A stretch of 32,000 bases of DNA from Megasphaera elsdenii DSM 20460 (lineage in GTDB: Bacteria > Bacillota > Negativicutes > Veillonellales > Megasphaeraceae). Under the pieces are notes generated by a model. That model ran no database searches. It had not been told where the DNA came from and saw only the letters and a list, made by a program, of their open reading frames with translations. The stretch is taken from contig NZ_CP027570.1 in NCBI RefSeq assembly GCF_003010495.1, forward strand, positions 2,310,001-2,342,000, written 5' to 3'. Shown here piece after piece: positions 15,859 through 23,025 of the stretch. The position numbers and the translations under genes are program-made. Every line of letters starts with the position of its first letter. Position 1 is the stretch's first letter.

Positions 15859-16562
15859 TCACACCCTCGTCCCATCCCGGAACACCACGGACAGCCCGCC
15901 GTCCGCCCTCACCGTCACGCACTCCACCATGCTCCCCCACAGCCGCTCGTCGAACTCGGTAAGCGGTTCGCCCTGCCCTTCGAGCGTCTTGGCGAACCCC
16001 GCCAGCCGCTCTGCCTTGGCTGACCGCTCGGCGATTGTTTCCATCACCTCGTCGAACCGCCGCTTGGCGGCATCGTACCTTGCCACCAACCTGTTGTAGC
16101 GTTTTTGATACTCCGCTTGATTTTGAGCGATGCGGGCGTTCTCGGCGACGCACTCCTCGACCATCTTCACCACCACGGCAAGTTCCTCGGCGAGTGCAGA
16201 CTTTTCCTGCTCAAGTTCTTCCGTGGCGCAGAGCGTCTTTTGCACGAGCCGGGCATTGGCGATGACCTCCTCGCGCTCCGTCACCAGTTTGTTGAATGCC
16301 GTGACGAAGGCCGCCTTGACCTCGTCCTCCGTCACATGAGGCGTTTGGCATTTATGCCCGTCGTACTTGTTGTTGCAACGGTAGATGACCCTGCGGTACT
16401 TGTCTGTGCTGTGCCAGACCTTCGCCCCAAAATAGCTGCCGCATTCGGCGCATTTTATCTTGCCGGAGAAAATGCTCACGCCGCTGTATCTGCCTCCCTC
16501 CCGCTTGCGCCGCGCTGCCTCCGACTGCACCATCTCAAAGGTAGCAGGGTCGATGATGGCGG
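15859..16562 (-). pseudogene. large serine recombinase remnant C (5'-truncated; zinc ribbon, coiled coil and C-terminal domain intact)
   Basis: PAIIDPATFEMVQ..., zinc ribbon GKIKCAECGSYFG..YRCNNKYDGHKCQTPH, a coiled coil, and the ending LWGSMVECVTVRADGGLSVVFRDGTRV*. The first ~14 codons of the track ORF are read-through into repeat R'. No resolvase catalytic domain. Confidence 0.8.
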
Positions 16563-16677
16563 GAACCCCCCACCGCCTATCGTTAAGCAAGTCTTCCTCG
16601 GAAGCCGCGCAGGACAAGGCTTCGACAAAAAGAGAGGGGGTGCATTTGCACCCCCTCGGTGGGGATTTTGCTCCCCC
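16563..16677. repeat. junction repeat R' (second copy of R; the core part is shortened)
   Basis: 16575-16677 aligns with 9519-9622. 16563-16574 (gaaccccccacc) looks like a collapsed version of gaacccccttgcacccccct. Motifs: inverted at 16636, direct at 16647, degenerate at 16669. Confidence 0.8.
16627..16655 (-). terminator. intrinsic terminator (R' copy) downstream of the TetR-module operon
   Basis: Same GGGGGTGC-AAAT-GCACCCCC hairpin, followed by TCTCTTTTT on the minus strand. Confidence 0.65.
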
Positions 16678-16695
16678 TAAATTGGATAAGTTCTG

Positions 16696-16850
16696 TCACT
16701 TTTCCATTTGTTCCATTAGCCAATACGGATTCTTCAAAATCTCTCTGCCAACCCCAATCAAGTCCGCAGCATTATTTTTTAGGAGAGTTTCTGCATCTTC
16801 TAAGGTCTTAACTCCCCCCGTCAGCATGACGGGAATGAGTTCGAAAATGG
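16696..16850 (-). pseudogene. 3' remnant of a second OYE-type flavin oxidoreductase
   Basis: Minus-strand frame gives ELIPVMLTGGVKTLEDAETLLKNNAADLIGVGREILKNPYWLMEQMEK* (stop 16696-16698). This parallels the C-terminus of the intact OYE (LPIILTGGVKTKEDAESLLQAGKADMIGVARAVIGNPDW). It overlaps the tail of the MBL ORF in another frame. Confidence 0.55.
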
Positions 16851-17477
16851 CGCATACCACGAGCGTTCCCGTTCTGCCCCCACCGTAGTCGGTTCCGTAT
16901 GTCCGGACAGCAAGACGGTTTCCTGCGGCAGTTTCAGTATACGCTGTGTGATACTCTGCATCAATGTTTGCTCATCCCCGCCGGGAAAATGTGTCAGCCC
17001 GAAACTGTTCTTGAAAATGGAATCACCCACGAAGGCCACATTGTCCTTGGCGCTATAATAGAATACGCTGTCCGTAGTATGACCGGGAACGTAGTGCATG
17101 GTCAAAGAAAATACAGGATTCCTTTCGAGGGCAATCCTACTCCCGTCCGGCAAATAGCTCACATCATCCAGTTTGATATATAGCCCGCAACCTTCCGAGA
17201 GATTCCAACGAGGATTCTCTGTATATTCCCGCCCTCTCTCGTGCATACAGATAGGGATGGACAGTGCACCCTGGATTTGCGCTGCGGCACCCATGTGGTC
17301 GAAATGTCCATGGGTGAGCAGAATTTTTTCGATGACGAATCCTCTTTGTCGAATAACGGCTAAAAGAGTATCTGCTTCTGCACCGGGGTCGAGCAAAAAG
17401 CCGTGTCCTGTGGCATCATCAATATAAAAGTAGGTATTGGTGTTAAAAACGCCTGCCACGGGCAACGATAAAATCAT
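16821..17477 (-). CDS. MBL-fold hydrolase, glyoxalase II / YcbL-like
   Basis: 218 aa; ILLTHGHFDHMGAA (HxHxDH) and YVPGHTTDS. The last ~12 residues (WYAPFSNSFPSC) are read from the OYE remnant and are probably not native. Confidence 0.85.
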   Translation of the reverse strand: MILSLPVAGVFNTNTYFYIDDATGHGFLLDPGAEADTLLAVIRQRGFVIEKILLTHGHFDHMGAAAQIQGALSIPICMHERGREYTENPRWNLSEGCGLYIKLDDVSYLPDGSRIALERNPVFSLTMHYVPGHTTDSVFYYSAKDNVAFVGDSIFKNSFGLTHFPGGDEQTLMQSITQRILKLPQETVLLSGHTEPTTVGAERERSWYAPFSNSFPSC

Positions 17478-17491
17478 GATGCTCCCCCGCC

Positions 17492-18187
17492 TTACTGCAC
17501 AATATGGCAGCCATCCGCCCCGCAGACCATGCCATCTAATGATGTTGCCGCTGACGTTTCCTCAGCCAGTATCTTTTCGATGGCTTTTTTCAGCATGGCC
17601 GTCGGTTGTGCACCTGATGCCGTGTACTTGCCGTTGATAAGGAAATAGGGTACGCCGTGAATGCCGTGCTCCATTGCTTCCTGCTCATCGGCGCGTACCT
17701 CATCGGCGTATCGGTCGCCGGACAACACTGCAGTCACTTCGTCCTTGTCCAAGCCACATTCGCCTGCGATTTGTGTCAGCACATCATGGTCGCTGAGTTT
17801 CAGATTCTTGGTGAAGTAAGCATCAAATAACTTCGTGATAATTCCTGTTTTCCCTTTTTCCTGGGCATATTTCGTGAGACGCAGGGAGTCAAAGGTGTTG
17901 GTGTAACGTGTAGAGACGTAGCGAAAGTCGATTCCCTCACTCCTGCCCATGCGGGAGATGGCTTCAATACGCTCTGCTGCCTCCTCTTTGCTCAGATGAT
18001 ACTTCGCGGCAAAACGATCCACCGTAGAGGAAACGACCTCCCGGCTGGCATAAGGGTCAAGTTCAAAGCTCTTGAATTCGATTTCCACTTTATCTCCGCC
18101 GTCAATTTCCGCCAAGGCCTTTTCCAGCCGCTTCTCACCGATATAGCAGAAGGGACAGGCGTAGTCCGACCATAATTCGATTTTCAT
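17492..18187 (-). CDS. DsbA-family thiol oxidoreductase (FrnE-like)
   Basis: MKIELWSDYACPFCYIGEKRL (CPFC active site) ...HGIHGVPYFLINGKY. ATG at 18187 has TAAGGAGG upstream. The track start at 18313 adds 42 implausible residues that run through the promoter. Confidence 0.85.
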   Translation of the reverse strand: MKIELWSDYACPFCYIGEKRLEKALAEIDGGDKVEIEFKSFELDPYASREVVSSTVDRFAAKYHLSKEEAAERIEAISRMGRSEGIDFRYVSTRYTNTFDSLRLTKYAQEKGKTGIITKLFDAYFTKNLKLSDHDVLTQIAGECGLDKDEVTAVLSGDRYADEVRADEQEAMEHGIHGVPYFLINGKYTASGAQPTAMLKKAIEKILAEETSAATSLDGMVCGADGCHIVQ

Positions 18188-18227
18188 TTTCCGTGCCTCC
18201 TTAGCAATATATAGAACTTGTTCGATA

Positions 18228-18261
18228 TTGACATTATACACAGGGCAGTATATAATGTCAA
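18228..18261. promoter_or_regulatory. palindromic dual consensus promoter / probable TetR operator
   Basis: ttgacattatacacagggcagtatataatgtcaa. Plus strand: TTGACA (18228-33), 17 nt, TATAAT (18251-56). Minus strand: TTGACA (18261-56), 17 nt, TATAAT (18238-33). The outer 12 nt form a near-perfect inverted repeat. Confidence 0.6.
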
Positions 18262-18304
18262 TAGAAATAGAGCGCGTTCTAAAAATAATTTTGAAGAAGG
18301 TAAG

Positions 18305-18520
18305 CGACGTCAACTACTCCCGACTAAAGTCGGGAGCTTGTAAGTCGGAACTACATAGGTACTAACGGCATCAAAAGACGTCTCCCTATATCCGCCTACA
18401 TCATCGGGTGGCTGACAACACCCGCTTTGCTAAGGAGTTTACTCCGAAGCAGTTGTTATTCTTTCGTAACGAGGATGGTTATCTCCGGAAATCCACATAG
18501 TTCCGAGGAGCTGAATATTC
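18305..18520 (-). ncRNA. predicted omega/right-end RNA of the TnpB element (extent approximate)
   Basis: By analogy with characterised TnpB systems, the guide RNA scaffold overlaps the tnpB 3' end and the right end. The region has several hairpins: ggagt-aa-actcc across the stop codon, cgggtg..cacccg, and the right-end hairpin at 18317-18336. Confidence 0.4.
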
Positions 18521-19665
18521 ATGGCACCAATACGGTCATCGTTGGATTTGTAACCGCACTGACAGCTATATAAGTGCCTGTGATGGTCACGGTTTTCCTT
18601 GTGGATAGTACCGCATTTGGGACAACGTTGAGAGGTATACTTAGCAGATACCTTCAGAACTTCGGAACGATTTTCATGAGCTTTATAAGTCAGGAATTGC
18701 TCCAACTGATAGAATGCCCAGCTGCGCAGGTCGTAATTTTGTTTAGCAGTTTTTGAAAGATTGGACTCTTCGAAGCTAACACCGGTCAGATCTTCAAGCA
18801 CAAATAGCGTATCTTTGCCGTATTTTTCAACGAGTGTCTTAGAAATCCGATGGTTTACATCAGACATCCAACGGTTCTCTCGTCCTGAAATGGCTTTGAG
18901 TCTACGCTTTGCTGATTTTGTACCCTTAGACTGGAGCTGGCGGCGGACTTCCTGAAATTTATGGCGTTTAGTAGCCATCTTCTTACCAGAGACGAATTCG
19001 GTTTTGCCCTGTTCGTCGTAACTAACAGTAAGAAAACGTAATCCGCGGTCAATACCGACAACGTGACGGACGTTTTCTTTCTGAAAATCTTCGACAGCTT
19101 GGGTTACGGGAATATGGAGATACCATAAACCTTTGAGTTCGACCAGTTTTCCTGTTCCAAGGTCATAGGAACCATCGAGGTATTCAGCGAAATGTTCACC
19201 CTCAAAAGTGCATTTGGTTCTTTTTCCGAGTGTATTGATAGACAGAACCTGTCCGCTATCAACGAAGCTATAATCACGATTGCGAACCAAGTCCGCTTGT
19301 GGGCGGCTGAAGAATACTGGCTTCCAGAGCCATTCCAAAGTTTTGGTAATGCGTTGCCAGTTGCCATTCTTATCCTTATATCTGTAGGGATTTTGGAAGA
19401 GCTGTTGTTTTACCGTTTTATATCTGGCAATCGTCGTCTTGATAGAAGACTGGGCCAGCTGCGATTTCAGACCGAACTGGCTGCGCAGGTCACTGTACAG
19501 CTCTCTGTTGAGACTTTGGTAGGTCATGTTAAATCGGTGGTCGAAGATGTACTGCGACACGAAGTTACAAGCCTGACGGTATTGTTCAGTCATCTGACGG
19601 AACAGCGTCTCTTGTTCGGGAGTAACATGTATACGAAGTTTTATTGTTTTAGTTAGGTTAGACAT
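18439..19665 (-). CDS. tnpB: TnpB (IS605 OrfB-type RNA-guided endonuclease family)
   Basis: 408 aa. RuvC-like motifs VVGIDRG, FVLEDL and SNDDRIGAMNI. Zinc finger CPKCG...CQCG. All three catalytic acidic positions appear intact. Confidence 0.9.
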   Translation of the reverse strand: MSNLTKTIKLRIHVTPEQETLFRQMTEQYRQACNFVSQYIFDHRFNMTYQSLNRELYSDLRSQFGLKSQLAQSSIKTTIARYKTVKQQLFQNPYRYKDKNGNWQRITKTLEWLWKPVFFSRPQADLVRNRDYSFVDSGQVLSINTLGKRTKCTFEGEHFAEYLDGSYDLGTGKLVELKGLWYLHIPVTQAVEDFQKENVRHVVGIDRGLRFLTVSYDEQGKTEFVSGKKMATKRHKFQEVRRQLQSKGTKSAKRRLKAISGRENRWMSDVNHRISKTLVEKYGKDTLFVLEDLTGVSFEESNLSKTAKQNYDLRSWAFYQLEQFLTYKAHENRSEVLKVSAKYTSQRCPKCGTIHKENRDHHRHLYSCQCGYKSNDDRIGAMNIQLLGTMWISGDNHPRYERITTASE

Positions 19666-19809
19666 TTTTTCACCTGCCTTTCTAAAATTTATACTACTTC
19701 ATTAAAATTATTATATCATAATTTTTTTGCTAAAAGTCTATTATTGATTATTGAAAGGAGGGGAGGTGCGGCTCCTCTCATGACTAAAGTCACGAGTCTC
19801 CGCCGCACC

Positions 19810-20409
19810 ATGAAGATGAAAAAATGTGGTCGTCCTCCTAAAAAGGACAATCCCGAAGAAAATAAGGAAAAAATCATAGCTGCGGCCATAGCCCTTATCG
19901 AGGAACAAGGCGCGGACTGTATCACGGTGCGACGTGTCTGCGAGAAAGCGGATATTGCCACGGGAACATTTTATTATCACTTCCGTAATAAGGATGACCT
20001 GATGATGCACTTTGTGCGAGGGATCTCCTTCGAGACAGTCGAGCTTACGGCTCCACCCTCCGATATTGCAGGACGCATAGCAGAATTATATATGCTCCTT
20101 ATCCGGCAGTACATGAACCTTGGCATAGCTTTTATGCGTAGTTTTTACACGCCGGACAATCAGGCACTCCACACCTATATGGGAGAAAAAGACGGGAAGT
20201 TTGCCGCTGGAACGGTCATGGCCAGATGCGAGCAGGAGTTTGTCAAGGCACAGGCAGAAGGCTGCATACAAAAAAATGCAGATATCCACCAAATGAGCGC
20301 GGATATCTGCACGATTGTAAAGGGCTGTATCTTCGAGTGGTGTCTCAGCGAGGGGAAAATGGATATAGAAGCGGCGGTTCAACGAATGCTAAAAGCATAT
20401 ATGGCATAG
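19810..20409 (+). CDS. TetR/AcrR-family transcriptional regulator
   Basis: MKMKKCGRPPKKDNPEENKEKIIAAAIALIEEQGADCITVRRVCEKADIATGTFYYHFRNKDDL is the TetR HTH. Upstream in-frame codons from 19744 fall inside the IS left-end hairpin. There is no good SD before 19810. Confidence 0.8.
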   Translation: MKMKKCGRPPKKDNPEENKEKIIAAAIALIEEQGADCITVRRVCEKADIATGTFYYHFRNKDDLMMHFVRGISFETVELTAPPSDIAGRIAELYMLLIRQYMNLGIAFMRSFYTPDNQALHTYMGEKDGKFAAGTVMARCEQEFVKAQAEGCIQKNADIHQMSADICTIVKGCIFEWCLSEGKMDIEAAVQRMLKAYMA

Positions 20410-20439
20410 AAACCGATTGACATTGATATCATTCCTCAA

Positions 20440-20820
20440 CCTCCGTGTCCCATCCCGGAACACCACCGTCATGCCACCATCCACGCCCACCGTCACATAA
20501 TCCACCATCGCGCCCCACAGCCGCTCGTCGAACTCCGCCACAGGCTCCCCTTGCGCCTCAAGCGTCCTGATGAACCCCGCTCCCTAAAGGGACTAGCTTC
20601 GCGTCGCAACCGCTCGCCCTTGGCTGACCGCTCTGCGATAGCCTCCGTCACCTCGTCGAACCGTGCCTTGGCTTTCTCGTACCGCTCCACCAAGCCGTTG
20701 TAGCGTTTCTGGTACTCCCCTTGGTCTTGGACAATCCTTGCATTCTCGGCGCTGCAGTTCTGGGTCATCTCCACTAGCACCGCAAGCTCCTGCCCCCAGG
20801 AGGCTTTCTTTTGTTTTGCA
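20440..20820 (-). pseudogene. large serine recombinase remnant D (5'-truncated, frameshifted by the same 29-nt replacement as A)
   Basis: ..ELAVLVEMTQNCSAENARIVQDQGEYQKRYNGLVERYEKAKARFDEVTEAIAERSAKGER, then the 29-nt segment at 20581-20609, then (shifted frame) GFIRTLEAQGEPVAEFDERLWGAMVDYVTVGVDGGMTVVFRDGT. Confidence 0.75.
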
Positions 20821-20835
20821 TACAATAATTATACC

Positions 20836-20866
20836 AGCAAAGAGGCCCTTCGGGGCCTCTTTTGCT
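20836..20866. terminator. bidirectional-looking hairpin at the right island edge
   Basis: agcaaagaggccc-ttcg-gggcctcttttgct. GC core stem GAGGCCC/GGGCCTC followed by TTTTG on the plus strand and TTTG on the minus strand. Confidence 0.45.
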
Positions 20867-20884
20867 AAAAAAAATGGGGCTGTA

Positions 20885-21140
20885 ACAACTCTGCTGGCTG
20901 GACCTGGCGGATCCGCTTGGTCTTATCCCAACCCTTGTCGATCAGAAAAATGGCTACGCCCCGCTAATCTTCAGGCCGTGTCTCCTTGCGGATGAGGTCT
21001 AGTTTTTCCATGCACTTCAGCAGGCTAGTCACCGTCGATTTATCGATGATGCATTCGCGGCTGATATCCTTCTGACTGGCGCTATCATGGAACCACAAGT
21101 ATTCCAGAGTCTTAGGCTGTCCCGGCATGAGCCCTTCCAT
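20885..21140 (-). pseudogene. MarR-family pseudogene (paralogue of 22386-22814)
   Basis: Minus frame: EGLMPGQPKTLEYLWFHDSASQKDISRECIIDKSTVTSLLKCMEKLDLIRKETRPED-TAG-RGVAIFLIDKGW. Nearly collinear with the intact MarR (REGLMPGQPKILEYLWFHDGASQKDISRECIIDKSTVTSLLKRMEKLDLIRKETRPDDQRGINIYLTDKGW). Lacks the first ~38 codons. Confidence 0.7.
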
Positions 21141-21387
21141 TACTTCATAATCATAATCAGAATCGGGACCTGGCTGCGCAGAAGGACGTAGTTGCTGACG
21201 CTGCCTAGGAGGATTTTCTTTAATCCCGACAGGCCGCGGTTACCGATTGGGCATCAGCTTGAGCAGGACCTGATAGCCTTTTTCCTTTCATGCAGCATGT
21301 AGCATAGGTCATCATGCGTAGTCACTTTTCCTTTGTAATTTGTAGCACAAAGCGTGTAGTTTGCAGAGAGGCGACAGTGCCTTTTGG

Positions 21388-21540
21388 TTACTGCACGACG
21401 CGTTTCCGGCTCATCCACAGTCCGATAGCGATGACGGCGGCAGCCAAGAGGATTTGAAGGCTTATGGGAGCCCAGGAACCGGCCATTTGCTGCAACAGGG
21501 TCCCTAAGATTTTGTCGTGGCCGATCATTGAACGCGACAT
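21388..21540 (-). CDS. possible 50-aa small membrane protein
   Basis: MSRSMIGHDKILGTLLQQMAGSWAPISLQILLAAAVIAIGLWMSRKRVVQ: one hydrophobic helix followed by a basic tail. ATG at 21538-21540, no obvious SD. Below the track cutoff. Confidence 0.25.
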   Translation of the reverse strand: MSRSMIGHDKILGTLLQQMAGSWAPISLQILLAAAVIAIGLWMSRKRVVQ

Positions 21541-21591
21541 TCAATCTTCATACCAACCAAACAGCGTCTTCCCCGTTTCCAGCTGTTGGAT
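21541..21591 (-). pseudogene. 17-codon 3' relic of an aldo/keto reductase gene
   Basis: Minus frame IQQLETGKTLFGWYED* is identical in amino acids to the C-terminus of the AKR at 343-1152. It differs at about 9 nucleotide positions in the shared codons, all silent, mostly at third positions. Confidence 0.65.
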
Positions 21592-21674
21592 TTACAGGAT
21601 TCGCAGCGGGACGCCGATTATGGCGTCCCCTACGGCAATACAAGTCTACCATCCCCCACATGCGGGATTACTTC

Positions 21675-22382
21675 CTAACGGTTCTCCGCTACGGCTGCCG
21701 GCGCAGCTCCCCTGTTTTCATCGGCCAAAGACAGGCGTGCCAGGCGTTCGATGAAGAAGACGTGACGGTTGAAGAAATTGACGAAGCGGCCGACGAGCAT
21801 GGCCGAAATGACGGTGCCGATGCCGAGGCCCGACAGGGTCCCCAGTCCGCCATAGAGGAAAGAAAGGATGACAGCCAGCGTGACCATCGTCGTATCAAAG
21901 GCCACTTTCGTCGAGCCCATGCGCCACTTGCCGACCTGCGCGATGGCTTTGACGGCACCGTCACCGGGCACCATCAAGACCTGCGACGCCGTTTCGATGC
22001 AGATGCCGAAACCCAGAACAGCACAGCCCAGGACGAGGAACAGTACCTGCAGCGGTAACGACAAGTGCTGGAGTCCCGCTAAGAGCGGCATATAGAGGTC
22101 GAGGGCATAACTGAAGATGACGTTGATGCCGACCTGAAGGATTTCCAAGGGCCTGAAATTGCGGCGCAGGAGCAGGAACTGTAGGACGATGAAGGCCATG
22201 TTCATGACAAAGGTCAGCTGTCCAAAAGTCCAGGGAAAATAGAAGCTGAGGACCAGGGGCACGCTGGAAATCGGCGACGTCCCCAGGCTGGCGGCCGTAA
22301 TCAAGTCGATACCGAAAGCCGTCGTCAAAATACTGAGGATAAAAACAGGAATCCGGATTCGTTTATAATGCATCTGACGCAT
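21675..22382 (-). CDS. YczE/YitT-like integral membrane protein
   Basis: 235 aa, multi-span hydrophobic (..FGIDLITAASLGTSPISSVPLVL..). Starts 3 nt after the marR stop. Confidence 0.55.
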   Translation of the reverse strand: MRQMHYKRIRIPVFILSILTTAFGIDLITAASLGTSPISSVPLVLSFYFPWTFGQLTFVMNMAFIVLQFLLLRRNFRPLEILQVGINVIFSYALDLYMPLLAGLQHLSLPLQVLFLVLGCAVLGFGICIETASQVLMVPGDGAVKAIAQVGKWRMGSTKVAFDTTMVTLAVILSFLYGGLGTLSGLGIGTVISAMLVGRFVNFFNRHVFFIERLARLSLADENRGAAPAAVAENR

Positions 22383-22385
22383 GTT

Positions 22386-22814
22386 TTAGTCCCCCCACTT
22401 CTTCTGATTGGCAATGATTTTATGAAAGGTCCGCATGAACTGCTGCTTTTCTTCTTCGGGAATCCCCTGCCACATGGCATCGTCCGTGGCGTAGATGACC
22501 TTGCGGATTTCCTTGGCCTTTTCCCAGCCCTTGTCGGTCAGGTAAATATTGATGCCCCGCTGGTCGTCAGGCCGCGTTTCCTTGCGGATGAGATCCAGCT
22601 TTTCCATGCGTTTCAGCAGGCTGGTCACCGTCGACTTGTCGATGATGCACTCGCGGCTGATATCCTTTTGGCTGGCGCCGTCATGGAACCACAGATATTC
22701 CAGTATCTTAGGCTGACCGGGCATGAGCCCTTCCCGCTTGATGCGGCGGCCGATTTCCCGGTTCGACCGGTGAAACCCTAACAACAGTAAAATATGCAAC
22801 GCTTCTTCGTCCAT
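22386..22814 (-). CDS. MarR-family transcriptional regulator
   Basis: MDEEALHILLLLGFHRSNREIGRR... ATG at 22814 with AAGGGGA 6 nt upstream. The track start at 22847 is a TTG. Confidence 0.85.
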   Translation of the reverse strand: MDEEALHILLLLGFHRSNREIGRRIKREGLMPGQPKILEYLWFHDGASQKDISRECIIDKSTVTSLLKRMEKLDLIRKETRPDDQRGINIYLTDKGWEKAKEIRKVIYATDDAMWQGIPEEEKQQFMRTFHKIIANQKKWGD

Positions 22815-22858
22815 GGCGATTCCCCTTTTAATTAGTTTTAATTCCAACTATATTCCTT

Positions 22859-22886
22859 ATTATATCGCAAGAAGTAGAAAAGTCAA
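22859..22886 (-). promoter_or_regulatory. candidate promoter of marR-yczE
   Basis: Minus strand: TTGACT (22886-22881), 16 nt, TATAAT (22864-22859). An AATTA-N4-TAATT inverted repeat lies between the -10 and the SD. Confidence 0.45.
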
Positions 22887-23025
22887 CAGGGCGCCCCTTA
22901 CGAGGGGCGCCCACTCCAGGACATGTACGATTTACCAACCACTTTGCTAGAAAAATCCTCCATATTCTGAGACGGGCTCGCCACGTGCGAGCCCCTACAA
23001 ACTGCAAAATAACATCGGTCTGCAA

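Larger units (their letters stand above)
18305..19809 (-). mobile_element. tnpB-only IS200/IS605-family element (no tnpA); ends approximate, +/- 20 nt
   Basis: Lower GC than its surroundings. Related subterminal hairpins on the same strand: 18317-18336 ctcccgac-taaa-gtcgggag and 19777-19796 ctcatgac-taaa-gtcacgag. The latter is nested in an outer 8-bp stem ggtgcggc/gccgcacc (19765-19809). A single tnpB ORF lies between them. Confidence 0.65.

Noticed and set aside
17492-18313. N-terminal 42-residue extension of the DsbA-like ORF, and the 22-codon extension of the TetR ORF (19744-19809)
   Set aside because: The extensions run through the palindromic promoter and the IS left-end hairpin respectively. 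The internal ATG of the DsbA gene has a canonical SD, and the conserved N-termini (MKIELWSDYACPFC, MK..GRPPKK) begin at the shorter starts.
2655-20835. Classical integron or cassette array
   Set aside because: There is no tyrosine integrase (intI). There are no attC-like imperfect palindromes with R/L boxes. Cassettes carry their own regulators and promoters, and the recombinase relics are of the serine family.
20818-20840. Short similarity between ..aataattataccag.. (right of remnant D) and ..tataattaccag.. (2685-2696, right of the 26-bp repeat)
   Set aside because: It is only about 11 of 13 nt in AT-rich sequence, with no flanking similarity. That is too weak to call a shared element end, but it is worth including in any dot-plot check.
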